From Dehalococcoidia bacterium (GTDB taxonomy: Bacteria; Chloroflexota; Dehalococcoidia; Lucifugimonadales; UBA3495): a DNA stretch of 64,000 bases. The position numbers and the translations under genes are program-made. The notes under the pieces were generated by a model, which did no database searches, was not told the DNA's origin, and saw only the letters and a list, made by a program, of their open reading frames with translations. Below are positions 29,904 to 40,430 of this stretch, piece by piece. The stretch lies in NCBI GenBank assembly GCA_022451925.1, contig JAKUNL010000001.1, positions 141,157 through 205,156 of the forward strand. The letters are read 5' to 3'. The stretch's first letter is position 1. Each line of letters starts with the position of its first letter.

Positions 29904-30359
29904 ATGCGCAAACGAATAAATGCTCTGGCGGAGCAGCTACTCGATACACTGGAACAAAAGGGTTACCGTTCCACTGAACCACGCAGGGCGATGGCCCAGG
30001 TCATTGCCAACCAAGATAAGCACTTTACCGCCGAAGATCTGCGCAAGCAGCTACCTTCCTTGGGAAGGGCAACCATATTTCGCTCTCTTAAACTACTGGT
30101 TGAGACCGGCATGGTCTGTCGAGTTCTACTGGAAGACGGAGATCTCCATTACCAGTTAAGCCACCGTGGACACCATCATCATTTGCTGTGCGTCGAATGC
30201 GGATCGTCCCAGGACTTGTTGGGATGTGACATAGAAGATTTACTGCAGCAGACTTCTGCCAGACATGGATTTGAGCTAAGCGGTCACTGGCTAGAAGTGT
30301 ATGGCCGCTGCAATGCCTGCAGAAACGTGGAGCAGACAGTAGAATTAGCTAACGCTTAA
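29904..30359 (+). CDS. Fur-family transcriptional regulator (Zur/Mur-like)
   Basis: ATIFRSLKLL, HHHHLLCVECG, YGRCNAC; start moved downstream of the promoter. Confidence 0.9.
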   Translation: MRKRINALAEQLLDTLEQKGYRSTEPRRAMAQVIANQDKHFTAEDLRKQLPSLGRATIFRSLKLLVETGMVCRVLLEDGDLHYQLSHRGHHHHLLCVECGSSQDLLGCDIEDLLQQTSARHGFELSGHWLEVYGRCNACRNVEQTVELANA

Positions 30360-30381
30360 TTTAGTCTCTTTTTAGATTTAT

Positions 30382-30426
30382 TGATACTAACTCTCATAAA
30401 ATCAGATGAACTGATACAAACTACCA
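30382..30426 (+). promoter_or_regulatory. Fur-box-like sites upstream of the metal ABC ATPase
   Basis: TGATACT-A-ACTCTCA (30382-30396) and TGATACA-A-ACTACCA (30412-30426) resemble the 7-1-7 TGATAAT-N-ATTATCA box. Confidence 0.5.
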
Positions 30427-30573
30427 TCAATCAATGTTTTACCCTGCCGGCACAGGTATTTAATGAATTACTGTGTTAATCGCGTCGAAGCGACCGTTTG
30501 TGTAGACAATATCCTATTCAACCCCAAAGAGCGGGCTAGACTATCCTAATAGGAAGCCCGCAACCAAAAACCA

Positions 30574-31425
30574 ATGATTACAGAAAAAATAACAAACAGT
30601 AGCAGAACCTCACCGGCAATGTCCGTCCGTGACCTTTGGGCCGGATACGATGGCAACGCCGTATTAGAAGCTGTCAACCTTGAGATTGACCGTGGGGATA
30701 TGGTTGGAATTATTGGCCCAAACGGTTCTGGAAAGTCTACGCTCATCAAAACAGCCTTGGGATTAATAAAACCAATAAAAGGCGAAATTTCTATTCTCGG
30801 AGCTAAGGGCTCATTGGAACGCCATTTAGTCGGATACATACCACAGGCGGAGTTAGTCGACTGGGATTTTCCAGTAACAGTTGCTGACGTCGCCCTAATG
30901 GGACGCTATTCTCTTCGTGGCCTGTTTCGCCGTACCACAAAAGAAGACCGAGAAGCCGCCGACTCCTCCCTTGAACTGGTTAAGATGTTTGAACTTCGAA
31001 ACCGGCTGATTGGAGAGTTATCCGGTGGACAACGTCGCAGAGTGCTACTAGCGAGAGCCATGGCTCACAGCCCGGAACTTCTCCTTCTAGATGAACCCAT
31101 GGCTGGCCTTGACGCCACAACCCAACACCAATTGCTAGACCTTCTAGACCAATTGCGTAGCAATGGAGCTACCGTGGTGCTAAGCACCCATGACCTATCG
31201 TGTGTATCTTCGCGATGTGATAAAGCATGCTGTCTGAATCGGAAACAGATCGCATTCGGCAAGCCATCGGATGTCTTGAACGAGCAGGTCTTGGGAGACA
31301 CCTTCGGCACTCACCTACTCATGGTACATCTGGATGGCCAGGCTTACGCATACCAGCACCATACCCATTCTGACGAGCACTCTGAACCCGAACGACTACC
31401 AGGCAATGGTCATTCCAATGATTGA
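30574..31425 (+). CDS. Zn/Mn ABC transporter ATP-binding protein (ZnuC/MntB-like)
   Basis: GPNGSGKST, VDWDFPVTV, LSGGQRRR, LLLDEP; His-rich tail. Confidence 0.92.
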   Translation: MITEKITNSSRTSPAMSVRDLWAGYDGNAVLEAVNLEIDRGDMVGIIGPNGSGKSTLIKTALGLIKPIKGEISILGAKGSLERHLVGYIPQAELVDWDFPVTVADVALMGRYSLRGLFRRTTKEDREAADSSLELVKMFELRNRLIGELSGGQRRRVLLARAMAHSPELLLLDEPMAGLDATTQHQLLDLLDQLRSNGATVVLSTHDLSCVSSRCDKACCLNRKQIAFGKPSDVLNEQVLGDTFGTHLLMVHLDGQAYAYQHHTHSDEHSEPERLPGNGHSND

Positions 31426-32254
31426 TTTCCTGTTGGACCCTTGGGAATTCGCATTCATGCAGCGAGCCCTGCTCGCTGCATGTCTCGCTGCGTTGGTATG
31501 CTCTGTGATCGGGGTTTTTGTCGTTCTGCGCGGAATGGGGTTCATGGGGGATGCCGTTGCCCACTCATCACTGGCGGGTATGTCTGTCGCCTATTTCTTT
31601 GGTGGAAGTGTGTTTTGGGGTGCGTTTGCTTGGGCGGTGCCTGCCTCACTAGCCATCACCTTCATTAGCCGTAAGGCCAAAGTCAAGGTGGACACTGCCA
31701 TCGGAATCATATTTGCCAGCGGATTTGCGATAGGAATCATCCTAATGAGCCAGGTCAACAACTACACTGCAGACCTTTTCGCATTACTCTTTGGCAACGT
31801 CCTTGCTGTTTCATGGGAAGAGGTTTTCTTGGTTGCCCTGATAAGTGGCGGCATCCTGTTGGTGATCATAATGTTCTACAAGGAATTACTGTTCACCACT
31901 TATGACGCTACCATGTCGGCTGCTTCAGGAATCCCCGTACGTTTCCTCCAATATCTCCTGCCCGTATTGGTTGGAGTCACAACTGTGGCATCACTGAGGG
32001 CAGTGGGCATCGTCCTGGTGATAGCTCTGTTGATCACGCCAGCCGCCACCGCAGCGCTCTTAGCTCGTAGGTTACCTGCTATTATGGTCTTCAGCGTTCT
32101 AGTAGGCCTCATATCCAGCGTAGCAGGTCTATACCTGTCGTTCCATGCAGACCTGCCCACCGGCCCCAGTATCGTGGTTGTGGCGACAGGTATATTCCTG
32201 GCCGCTCTATTATTTTCCCCAAGCAATGGTCTGATATGGCAGGCGAGGCGGTAG
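31418..32254 (+). CDS. Zn/Mn ABC transporter permease (ZnuB-like)
   Basis: FMQRALLA, GDAVAHSSL, DTAIGI, LFGNVL, LLITPAATA; ATG 31418 overlaps the ATPase stop. Confidence 0.92.
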   Translation: MIDFLLDPWEFAFMQRALLAACLAALVCSVIGVFVVLRGMGFMGDAVAHSSLAGMSVAYFFGGSVFWGAFAWAVPASLAITFISRKAKVKVDTAIGIIFASGFAIGIILMSQVNNYTADLFALLFGNVLAVSWEEVFLVALISGGILLVIIMFYKELLFTTYDATMSAASGIPVRFLQYLLPVLVGVTTVASLRAVGIVLVIALLITPAATAALLARRLPAIMVFSVLVGLISSVAGLYLSFHADLPTGPSIVVVATGIFLAALLFSPSNGLIWQARR

Positions 32255-32391
32255 ACTCCCCTCTTCACCAGTGTCTAATCTGTATGTTCATCACAGTCAT
32301 TCTGTCATACTCACGGAACCACTGGCACAGCACCTCCCCATTCGCTAAACTGCATTAGCATCAGAAGCTTCAAAATTTTGAGAGGAAAATA

Positions 32392-33240
32392 ATGTACGAC
32401 CTTTCCGGAAAAGTTGCCTTGGTAACAGGAGCAGGTGGAAGACACGGCATAGGACGCAGTATTGCTCTACGTTTAGCTGATGAGGGAGCAGATGTGATTG
32501 TCACCGACGTCGAAGCCAGTGCCACGGCCATTCGTGCCGAAGACCGGGCTACAGGTTGGAACGGATTGCGTAGCGTTGTTGAGGAGATAGAGGCCAAGGG
32601 ACGCCAGTCCCTTGGCTTATTTTCTGACGTCTCCGACAGCGTGCAAGTGGCAGACATGGTGGCCAAAAGCCTAGATCAGTTCGGCAAAATAGACATCCTC
32701 GTGAACAACGCCGGATCTAGGCCAGGTAAAGACCGCGTGTTGATTTTAGAATTGGAAGAGGAAGCTTTTGACGAGGTGCAACGAGTCAATGTACGTGGCA
32801 CGTATCTTGTCTCAAAGGCGGTTGCCACTCACATGGTCAATCGAGGTGGTGGCGGCAAGATAATTAACATCTCATCAGGGGCAGGTAAAAAAGGTATTGC
32901 GAAGTACGCAGCATATTGCGCCTCAAAATTCGCAGTAGTGGGATGGACTCAGGCGATGGCCCAGGAAATGGCGGAGCACAAAATCAACGTTAACGCCATC
33001 TGCCCAGGCTTGGTTGATACTGAGAGAGTGGACTTTATTGCTGGAGCCCTAGCACCTGAAGGAGAGTCTGGTGAGGAGTTTAGGGCTGATATGGTCCGCG
33101 AACGGGCCTTCCGCGTGCCCATGGGTCGGATTGCCCAGGGTGACGACATCGCGCGAATGGCAGCCTTCTTGGCTTCTGCAGAATCTGATTACGTGACCGG
33201 ACTCTCTATCAGTGTTTCCGGTGGCTCGGAAATGAACTAG
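32392..33240 (+). CDS. Short-chain dehydrogenase/reductase
   Basis: TGAGGRHGIG, NNAG, YCASK, NAICPG. Confidence 0.92.
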   Translation: MYDLSGKVALVTGAGGRHGIGRSIALRLADEGADVIVTDVEASATAIRAEDRATGWNGLRSVVEEIEAKGRQSLGLFSDVSDSVQVADMVAKSLDQFGKIDILVNNAGSRPGKDRVLILELEEEAFDEVQRVNVRGTYLVSKAVATHMVNRGGGGKIINISSGAGKKGIAKYAAYCASKFAVVGWTQAMAQEMAEHKINVNAICPGLVDTERVDFIAGALAPEGESGEEFRADMVRERAFRVPMGRIAQGDDIARMAAFLASAESDYVTGLSISVSGGSEMN

Positions 33241-33275
33241 CTCCGCCGGCTCAAACCAGCAGTCAGTAACCGCGA

Positions 33276-34601
33276 CTAAGCTGGTGGAATGTTTGCCTCG
33301 GCGATCTCTCTTATAGGACGCCGAGGCGGTTTCGCGACAAACATCAAGACTGCAGAAACAAAGTATGCCGCAGCCATTGCTATATATAACGGGTAAAAAT
33401 CCCCAGCCAACGATCTGGCAGTTGATGCCAATGCCGGCCCCAGTCCTAACGCAACCATCTGAAGGGGAGAGAAAACCCCAAGGATGGTTCCATAAGACTC
33501 ACGCCCAAAATACTCCGCCAACACCATATTCTCCAACGAACCCAACCCCCCGGAAAATACGCCCCATAACACAGCAAACAACAGGGCTTGGCTAACCGAA
33601 TTGACTGTCATTAGATATATCATCATAACGCCTGCTCCGATCATCATAACAATCAAACATCGGCGCGGCGTGATCCGGTCCGCCAGATACCCCCAGAACA
33701 GGTTGGCCACCGCCAGGAACGTAGCAAAGCTCAGTACCCCCGCCGCGGATGCGGTGGACAAACTTGCATCTTGAACCAAATACGGCACCATGCTAAAGCC
33801 TGTGGCGGCTGAGGCTAATGTTCCCAAAGCGGTAATGATCAATAAAATCCAAAATGCACGGGTTTTTACGGCTTCTCGCGCAGTCCAACTAAACTCTGGA
33901 GTAAACGATCTAGCTCTAGAGACACTTGTAGTTTCTTGAGCCTGATCAGCGCGTGCACCGTCTGGTAGGAGTCCAATATCTTCAGGTTGGCGCCTAACGA
34001 AAAGAACCACTGGTAGGATTATGAGGAGACTTAAAACACCTAGGTAGCGATACGCGGCACGCCAGCCCTGATGTCTTGCAATCAAAGAGATTATCTGGAT
34101 GTTTACAGCACCAGCAGTGGGTCTGAAAATTGAAACCAAAGCCAGCGCCATATTGCGCCGTTGCCGGAAAAAGTTCACGGCAGCCGTCCTGGGAACCAAT
34201 CCGACTAGAACCGGATTACTGACCGCCCTACCAATCACATAACCACCATAGAACTGCCAGACCGCATTAGATCCGGCAATAACAAAAAATGCCCCGCTGG
34301 CAACAACCAGCCCAAAAGGCATCAGCCAACGGGGGCCAAATCTGTCTGCTAAGCGACCAATAAACGGCGCGATCATACCAGAAGTCCAAGTGCCTATAGA
34401 AGCAGCGTACGCCAGACTCCCCTCATCCCAGCCGCTCTCATCAGTGATATAGACCTGGACACCGCCTAGGACCACCTGTGTGAGGCCGCTGGCAGCAAAG
34501 GTAGCTAAAGCTGTTATGCCCAGAACCAACCACCCATAATAAAAGGGCGTCCGTAGACGCCAGTTAAATATCGATCGAAGCATGCTTACCAAAGGTTTCA
34601 A
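33276..34601 (-). CDS. MFS transporter
   Basis: FYYGWLV, GRLADRFGPR, GYLADRI, EYFGRESYG; about 12 TM helices. Confidence 0.9.
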   Translation of the reverse strand: MKPLVSMLRSIFNWRLRTPFYYGWLVLGITALATFAASGLTQVVLGGVQVYITDESGWDEGSLAYAASIGTWTSGMIAPFIGRLADRFGPRWLMPFGLVVASGAFFVIAGSNAVWQFYGGYVIGRAVSNPVLVGLVPRTAAVNFFRQRRNMALALVSIFRPTAGAVNIQIISLIARHQGWRAAYRYLGVLSLLIILPVVLFVRRQPEDIGLLPDGARADQAQETTSVSRARSFTPEFSWTAREAVKTRAFWILLIITALGTLASAATGFSMVPYLVQDASLSTASAAGVLSFATFLAVANLFWGYLADRITPRRCLIVMMIGAGVMMIYLMTVNSVSQALLFAVLWGVFSGGLGSLENMVLAEYFGRESYGTILGVFSPLQMVALGLGPALASTARSLAGDFYPLYIAMAAAYFVSAVLMFVAKPPRRPIREIAEANIPPA

Positions 34602-34837
34602 GCCTTAAACATTCTTAAACTCTTCATGGAAGATATTTCATCCATCAGAGGAACCGCCCAATGATACATTAACTAACGTCGAGGTAACACGGTCAACCCC
34701 CGGGAAAACCGAACTTCTCCGAAACCGACTTTAAGAGCTTTCAACCTAAGATTTCCACTCCGAACATAACGGCAAGTAAACTGTGAACTGTGAAATCCTC
34801 AGTGATGTTCTATTACCGAAGCATCTAGGTTACAAAC

Positions 34838-35285
34838 GCTTAATTAGCAACGACGATAGCGACAGCATAAGCCGAACCAGTGTTTTTAGCACCGTCCGTA
34901 TCTGAATGAGATATCCAACCGTTCTTTTGGTGATTTCCGTCGACATTCTGCGTATAGTTATTGTGGCGACAAAACCAGTCTTCTGCAGCCTGTTGGATAG
35001 AGTTGAACGTAAAATAGATTATGTCAAGCAATCGGTGCGAGATACAGCCGGAATAACCAAGGTTGCAAAGGTGCTGATCCATTGGCCTAACCATAAAATT
35101 CGGGTGAAATGCCCAGCCCTCTTAGACCTTTAGCTTGACCTTTCGGTGGGGAAAGGCCATTAAATAGACGTGGAAGTGAAACGCCAACTCCAATATCTGC
35201 CAATGCAACAGTACGAATGCCTCCGATAACTCAGTAGAATTAGAGAATCACGGTCACGGCTCAGAAAACAATAACCCCAGCATGG
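34838..35285 (+). pseudogene. Decayed remnant of a cation diffusion facilitator (CDF) gene, C-terminal half
   Basis: Plus-strand frames read VFSTVRI*MRYP.VLLVISVDILRIV..TKPVFCSLLDRV...TAGITKVAKVLIHWPNHKI and LSVGKGH*IDVEVKRQL, colinear with CDF TM6 and cytoplasmic domain as recalled; internal stops and frameshift. Confidence 0.6.
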
Positions 35286-35374
35286 AAGATAAAGAATAGA
35301 CCAAATAATACCGTGGCCATTCGCACGCGTAGATTGCATATCAAAACCCTTGCTTAAACAAACGAGGTTCCGGC

Positions 35375-35665
35375 ATGCCGTTAGAACGATCAGAAGTAAA
35401 ACACATTGCATCCTTAGCACGGATTGGTCTCACTGAAGATGAGATTATGATGTTTGGCGACCAGCTTTCCCAAATCCTAGAACAGTTTGAAGTGCTGAAT
35501 GAACTGGACACCACCGGTGTAACTCCCACTGGACACGCAGGTGGTCTGCAAACAGTGATGCGTGATGACCAGGCACAAGATTCACTAGATCACGACGATG
35601 TGCTGAAAAACGCACCGCGCCGAGAGGGAGAATTCTTCCGTGTTAACTCGGTGTTGGAGGAATAG
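35375..35665 (+). CDS. gatC: Asp/Glu-tRNA amidotransferase subunit C
   Basis: EVKHIASLARI, LNELDTTGVTPT, VMRDD, NAPRREGEFFRV. Confidence 0.95.
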   Translation: MPLERSEVKHIASLARIGLTEDEIMMFGDQLSQILEQFEVLNELDTTGVTPTGHAGGLQTVMRDDQAQDSLDHDDVLKNAPRREGEFFRVNSVLEE

Positions 35666-35670
35666 GGGCA

Positions 35671-37128
35671 TTGGAGAAACTAAATTGGCTTAGTATCCAA
35701 GAAGCTCACGACCAGCTAACGTCCAAGCAAATTAGTTCGGTCGAACTGACTCAGGCCTGCTTGGATCGCATAAATGCAGTCGAGGATGAAGTCCAATCTT
35801 TCTTGACCATAACTCCGGAGATTGCGCTGTCTCAAGCTGCCCATGCAGACCGTCTACTGGCGGCCGGGGACAGCCTCCCTTTAACTGGCATTCCAGTACA
35901 AATCAAGGATGTTTTATGCACCGAGGGAGTGCCGACCACCTGCGCCTCACGGATGTTGGAGAATTTCATCCCAGTCTACAACGCCACAGTGGTGGAAAAA
36001 TTGTCCAATCAAGGCGCGGTAATGCTAGGTAAAGGCAACATGGACGAATTCGCTATGGGGTCATCCTGTGAAAACTCTGCATTCCACCCCACCCGAAACC
36101 CCTGGGATCTAGAACGAGTCCCCGGAGGAAGCAGCGGAGGTGCTGCTGCTTCCGTAGCCTCCGGCGAGACCATTTTTTCCTTAGGCTCAGACACCGGAGG
36201 AAGCGTTAGACAACCAGCTTCCCTCTGCGGAGTGGTAGGCCTGAAACCCACATATGGGCTTGTCAGTAGATACGGGTTGGTCGCATTTGCTTCGTCGTTG
36301 GATCAGGTCGGCCCAGTTGGAAGATCAGTCAAAGACTGCGCTTTCGTTTTGAACGCAATCGCCGGACATGACGCAAAAGATGCGACATCAGTAGTCCGGG
36401 AACAGAAAGATTACACGTCTAACCTGGGTCAAGAGATTAATGGCCTCAAGTTAGGAATACCAGAAGAGTATTTCGTCGACGGCATGGAATCAGGCGTCCG
36501 TCAAGTGATTGATGAGGCGATAGCCAAACTAGAAGAACTCGGCGCTTCCATACATCCAGTCTCGCTACCCACCACCCGCTACGCCCTCGCCTGCTATTAC
36601 ATCATCGCTCCATCAGAATGCTCAGCCAACCTGGCGCGTTATGACGGCGTCAAATACGGATATTCCTACCAGGGCACCAATGACCTTTGGGAAGCCCTGG
36701 AGAAAACCCGCGAGTTCGGGTTTGGCCCCGAAGTCACACGCAGGGTAATGCTAGGCACATATGCCCTGTCCACTGGATATTACGATGCCTACTACCTTAA
36801 AGCCCAACAGGCTCGGACTCTGATCAGGCAGGATTTTGATCAGGTGTTCCGCGAAGTAGATGCATTGATTACGCCCACCTCTCCGGTCACAGCCTTCAAA
36901 ATCGGTGAGAAAGTTGGTGACCCCGTACAAATGTATCTGATTGACGCTTGCACATTACCGGTGAACATAGCCGGCCTGCCAGGGTTATCCATCCCTTGTG
37001 GTTTCTCAGATGGATTACCGGTTGGTATGCAATTCATCGGCCCCCATTTTTCTGAAGAAACCCTACTCAAAGCCGCCCATGCCTACGAAATCGCTACAGA
37101 TTGGAACAAATCCCGGCCCACTCTTTAA
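35671..37128 (+). CDS. gatA: Asp/Glu-tRNA amidotransferase subunit A
   Basis: NMDEFAMGSS, GGSSGG, GSDTGGSVRQPA, SANLARYDGVKYG, YYDAYYLKAQ. Confidence 0.96.
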   Translation: MEKLNWLSIQEAHDQLTSKQISSVELTQACLDRINAVEDEVQSFLTITPEIALSQAAHADRLLAAGDSLPLTGIPVQIKDVLCTEGVPTTCASRMLENFIPVYNATVVEKLSNQGAVMLGKGNMDEFAMGSSCENSAFHPTRNPWDLERVPGGSSGGAAASVASGETIFSLGSDTGGSVRQPASLCGVVGLKPTYGLVSRYGLVAFASSLDQVGPVGRSVKDCAFVLNAIAGHDAKDATSVVREQKDYTSNLGQEINGLKLGIPEEYFVDGMESGVRQVIDEAIAKLEELGASIHPVSLPTTRYALACYYIIAPSECSANLARYDGVKYGYSYQGTNDLWEALEKTREFGFGPEVTRRVMLGTYALSTGYYDAYYLKAQQARTLIRQDFDQVFREVDALITPTSPVTAFKIGEKVGDPVQMYLIDACTLPVNIAGLPGLSIPCGFSDGLPVGMQFIGPHFSEETLLKAAHAYEIATDWNKSRPTL

Positions 37129-37516
37129 CCATTGCTCCGAAAACAAAAGGTTCTCACTGTTGGTTACCACTGAGGATTGAAACCCGACCTCACAAGAGAT
37201 ACCAAGCGAAACATCTTTATATCTGTCTTGCTATACCTCTTATCGCATATCTGGCTGCCATTTCTTTAAAAGATTATGGAGTTAAATTTACCCGTAGATT
37301 TCCCCAAACGGTTATACTAACGAAGTAGCAAGGCTCGTTTTCGAGGAGAAATGGGCCTGCGTGACAAGGTGTTGCATTGTATCGGAATCCAAGCGATCCA
37401 CAGATATATCGAGATATATACTACCTGTCAATAGCTTCTGGCATTCCTAACACCTAATCGTCAAGATAAGCTTTCATAAGTTTTGAAATAAACTCTGAAA
37501 CTACCAGGAGGCGCTG

Positions 37517-38902
37517 ATGCAGCGCTCCAAAATCAAAGAAATTCTCACTCAGAAAAAGCCTGATGACGAAGTTTTAGTCCAAGGTTGGGTAAAAACCCGT
37601 CGGTCATCCAAATCGGTTACATTCGTCCAAATTACCGACGGGTCAACCCTCCAGGACCTGCAAATAGTCGTGGACGAGACAAATCCTGGCCACGACGCCG
37701 CGGCAACACTTACCACAGGCTGCAGTGTTAGTGTTCAAGGGGTCTTGGTAGAGTCTCCGGGACAAGGACAGAAGTTTGAAATACAAGCCAATACACTGAC
37801 CGTCTTGGGTGAATCCGACCCCGATTCTTATCCTCTGCAGAAAAAACGACACTCCCCTGAATTTCTGCGTGAAATTGCCCACCTTCGGCCACGGACCAAC
37901 ACCTTCGGTGCTATGGCCAGGGTACGGAACTCATTAGCCTACGCGATTCACACCTTCTTCCAGGAGCGTGGATTCCAATTCATTCAAACACCAATCATCA
38001 CCGCCAGTGACGCGGAGGGTGCAGGTTCCATGTTCCAGGTGACAACGCTAAACCTTAATGACGTTCCCAAAGATAACGGCGCGGTCAAACATGAAGACGA
38101 TTTTTTTGGCCGGCCCACATTCCTAACTGTAAGCGGTCAGCTTGAGGCGGAAATATTCGCTATGGCCCTTTCCGATGTCTATACTTTTGGGCCAACTTTC
38201 CGTGCTGAGAATTCAAACACTTCCCGTCATCTAGCCGAGTTCTGGATGGTCGAACCAGAGGTAGCCTTCTGCCAGTTAGACGGACTATCCGAGTTGGCAG
38301 AAGACTTTTTAAAACGCCTGTGCAGCCATGTGCTAGCGAACTGCCTTGAAGACATGGAATTTTTCAACAAATGGTACGATAACAGTACCATATCCACCTT
38401 AGATAGCATCGCTAACTCACAGTTTGAACGCTTAACATACACTGAGGCTGTCGACCTACTTAAGAAGTCAAGCCAGACATTCGAATATCCAGTCGATTGG
38501 GGCATCGACCTCCAATCCGAGCACGAGCGATATTTGACTGAAACCATGATACAACGTCCGGTAATTGTTACTGACTACCCAAAAGACATTAAGGCATTCT
38601 ACATGCGATTGAACGATGATGGGGAAACTGTCCGTGCCATGGACGTTTTGGTCCCGCGGATCGGTGAGATTATCGGCGGCAGTCAGCGCGAAGAACGCCG
38701 TGAGATACTGGAAGGCCGAATGAACGAATCAGGTATATCCCACGACGAATACTCCTGGTATCTGGACTTGAGGAGTTACGGAACGGTTCCCCATTCTGGA
38801 TTTGGATTGGGTTTTGAGCGCACGGTCCAGTTTATAACTGGTGTGTCCAACATCAGAGATGTCATACCATTCCCCAGAACACCCAAAAGTGCGGAGTTCT
38901 AA
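37517..38902 (+). CDS. asnS: Asparagine--tRNA ligase
   Basis: [71 protein letters not shown]. Confidence 0.96.
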   Translation: MQRSKIKEILTQKKPDDEVLVQGWVKTRRSSKSVTFVQITDGSTLQDLQIVVDETNPGHDAAATLTTGCSVSVQGVLVESPGQGQKFEIQANTLTVLGESDPDSYPLQKKRHSPEFLREIAHLRPRTNTFGAMARVRNSLAYAIHTFFQERGFQFIQTPIITASDAEGAGSMFQVTTLNLNDVPKDNGAVKHEDDFFGRPTFLTVSGQLEAEIFAMALSDVYTFGPTFRAENSNTSRHLAEFWMVEPEVAFCQLDGLSELAEDFLKRLCSHVLANCLEDMEFFNKWYDNSTISTLDSIANSQFERLTYTEAVDLLKKSSQTFEYPVDWGIDLQSEHERYLTETMIQRPVIVTDYPKDIKAFYMRLNDDGETVRAMDVLVPRIGEIIGGSQREERREILEGRMNESGISHDEYSWYLDLRSYGTVPHSGFGLGFERTVQFITGVSNIRDVIPFPRTPKSAEF

Positions 38903-40415
38903 ACTGGCCTCCTCTCTACCCAACCAAGACCATCCTGGATCTGGCGCCATAGAAGATGCATTTGGCCCAAACAGTTCTATATTTAATGAGACCACTGAAC
39001 GACTCACATCTATCTACCAACAAGCCAACCATGTACCGTCGGTAGCAGCCAGATTTCGGGAATGGCAGCGGTTCCGGCGTCTAACTTCCGTAGAACTGAC
39101 CACAGATGAGTCCAGTTTCACAAACCAGACTTACCTCGCTTTATTAGCCCGTATAACCGCCCGCTGTTTCGTCGCTCCGGCTAGTCCTATCTTCGATAAT
39201 GAAGAACTGCTAGAAATAGTGAACTCCGATTATTTCACCCGCCGTGGAATCAGTAATTTCGGAGAGGGCGACATTTTTTCCTGGCTACTAAGTGAAAGTA
39301 TATGGGAATTGAATCTGGGTGAACTCGTCTTGGAAACCATCCAAAATTTGGCTGACGCGGCGGAACGGTACAATTTCAACGATGCATACCCTGGTGCTTT
39401 AGATTCAATATTCCAGCAACTAGCTCCGGCGCGGCAAACAATACCACGATGGTTAGCCGAGTACATTGTCAAACATGAATTAGGTCTGGCTGACCAATCA
39501 AATCTGTCTTTGCTAGACACGGCTTGTGGCACCGGTGCATTTCTTTGCGCGGCGATTGAAACTATGGCTCACGATATTGCATCTTCCGACGGTGACCCGA
39601 TGGACACCATATTTAAAGCTCCAGACCAGATTCGAGGAATGGACTCTGACCCGCTTTCTGTTGCCCTAGCACGCTTCAACTACCTGCTTGCTTTCGGAAA
39701 GCTGGTTCAGCAGGATCACCCGTCTTTCTTGATACCCATATACCTTGCCAACGGACACATAGACAATTCAAACGCAGCTATTCAAAAACCATTGTCCACA
39801 GACGTAGGTACTTTCCCGCTACCAGAACCCGTCATTGAAAACCCGCTGATGCTGGACTGGCTGCTGGGGCGGATCACAAACTACATGGATGGGGCACAAC
39901 TGCGGTTGCACGTGCAACCTGAGGAAGTCGCCATCCAAGAGGTACTGAACGCTTACTACAACTACCTAACAGCCCCAAAACCCAGGACACCGATACCAGA
40001 GGCATTGACTTCAGAACAGGCAGACACGCTTTTGGAGACAGCACGCAATCTGATTCAATTACACATCCAAGGTGAAGGAACCCTTTGGTTGCATCTGGTT
40101 CAGAATATGGCTGCTCCGATGATTTTCGCCAAACGCGGGTTCGACCGAATCACGGGCCTCTCCTCAAGCACAGACTTGGATTTCGTCACCAATTACTATC
40201 TCAGTCCCGATGGACACGCAGCAATAATCAATTCATTAGAAAAAGCGTTGTCTGCAACCGATTGCCGTTTGGTTGATTTAGTGAATGTGCTGCCAGATCA
40301 AGCATTATTGGTCACACCAGGAGAAGGGTCTGTTCGGATAGAGTTAGCGGCTGAGAATATACCGGATAGTAAACCGTGGAACGAAGCCAAAAAAGATATC
40401 CGAATCGTAGAATAA
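38841..40415 (+). CDS. N6-adenine DNA methyltransferase-like protein lacking the catalytic NPP(Y/W) motif (start uncertain, possibly CTG 38904)
   Basis: PRWLAEYIV...[12 protein letters not shown] (SAM motif I), [19 protein letters not shown]; [10 protein letters not shown] where FD.VVGNPPW is expected. Confidence 0.7.
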   Translation: MCPTSEMSYHSPEHPKVRSSKLASSLPNQDHPGSGAIEDAFGPNSSIFNETTERLTSIYQQANHVPSVAARFREWQRFRRLTSVELTTDESSFTNQTYLALLARITARCFVAPASPIFDNEELLEIVNSDYFTRRGISNFGEGDIFSWLLSESIWELNLGELVLETIQNLADAAERYNFNDAYPGALDSIFQQLAPARQTIPRWLAEYIVKHELGLADQSNLSLLDTACGTGAFLCAAIETMAHDIASSDGDPMDTIFKAPDQIRGMDSDPLSVALARFNYLLAFGKLVQQDHPSFLIPIYLANGHIDNSNAAIQKPLSTDVGTFPLPEPVIENPLMLDWLLGRITNYMDGAQLRLHVQPEEVAIQEVLNAYYNYLTAPKPRTPIPEALTSEQADTLLETARNLIQLHIQGEGTLWLHLVQNMAAPMIFAKRGFDRITGLSSSTDLDFVTNYYLSPDGHAAIINSLEKALSATDCRLVDLVNVLPDQALLVTPGEGSVRIELAAENIPDSKPWNEAKKDIRIVE

Positions 40416-40430
40416 GTTTAGCGCGCTGAT

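Noticed and set aside
37129-37516. T-box riboswitch upstream of asnS
   Set aside because: No GGTGGTACC-type T-box sequence or terminator/antiterminator found.
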